From a virus (lineage: Duplodnaviria > Caudoviricetes), in IMG/VR virus record IMGVR_UViG_3300042013_000067, positions 219,623 to 283,622 of that record: 64,000 nt of DNA; one strand, written 5' to 3'. Shown here one piece after another: positions 63,986 to 64,000 of the stretch (position 1 is the stretch's first letter; the number at the start of each line of letters is the position of its first letter). The notes below the pieces were generated by a model, which had not been told where the DNA came from, did not search any database, and saw only the letters and a list, made by a program, of their open reading frames with translations. Made by a program: the position numbers and the translations under genes.

Positions 63986-64000
63986 GACATAAGCCCTCCC
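63986..64000. terminator. 5' half of family hairpin, truncated by window end
   Basis: GACATAAGCCCTCCC. Confidence 0.5.

Noticed and set aside
1-64000. CRISPR array, tRNA, rRNA or tmRNA
   Set aside because: No regularly spaced direct repeats and no cloverleaf with T-loop/CCA found by eye; the hairpin family is dispersed, not arrayed

Overview
64 kb segment of a phiKZ-like jumbo phage (probably Chimalliviridae; the family call is inferred from the terminase, the S-x-E-processed head proteins and the gene organisation). A Pseudomonas-like host is plausible but unproven. Plus-strand blocks (about 0.6-23 kb, 39.4-41.4 kb, 50-58.7 kb) are dense clusters of small, mostly orphan genes. Several follow a recurrent CTATATYRY-N4-NTGAAT promoter-like motif. 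Recognisable members: NAD-dependent DNA ligase, BCS1-like AAA+ ATPase, R2K-type ATP-grasp protein, two HslV/proteasome-beta-like Ntn proteins, ART-like protein, signal-peptide thermonuclease and PL7 alginate-lyase-like enzyme. Minus-strand blocks hold virion/late genes: three head-protein paralogues, six tandem tailspike/depolymerase genes (25.0-39.2 kb), DUF1353, DHFR, terminase large subunit and three structural proteins. Class Ia RNR alpha/beta lie on the plus strand. About 20 related GC-rich hairpins with RCATA/TATGY flanks punctuate the window. No tRNA, rRNA, CRISPR array, integrase, reverse transcriptase or transposase was recognised. Best leads: (1) the modular six-tailspike cassette; (2) highly base-paired intergenic elements at 2238-2365, 2758-2968 and 40512-40614; (3) a possible phage proteolysis/peptide-ligation toolkit (2 Ntn peptidases + AAA + ATP-grasp). 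All family assignments come from motif recognition by eye, not from database searches.
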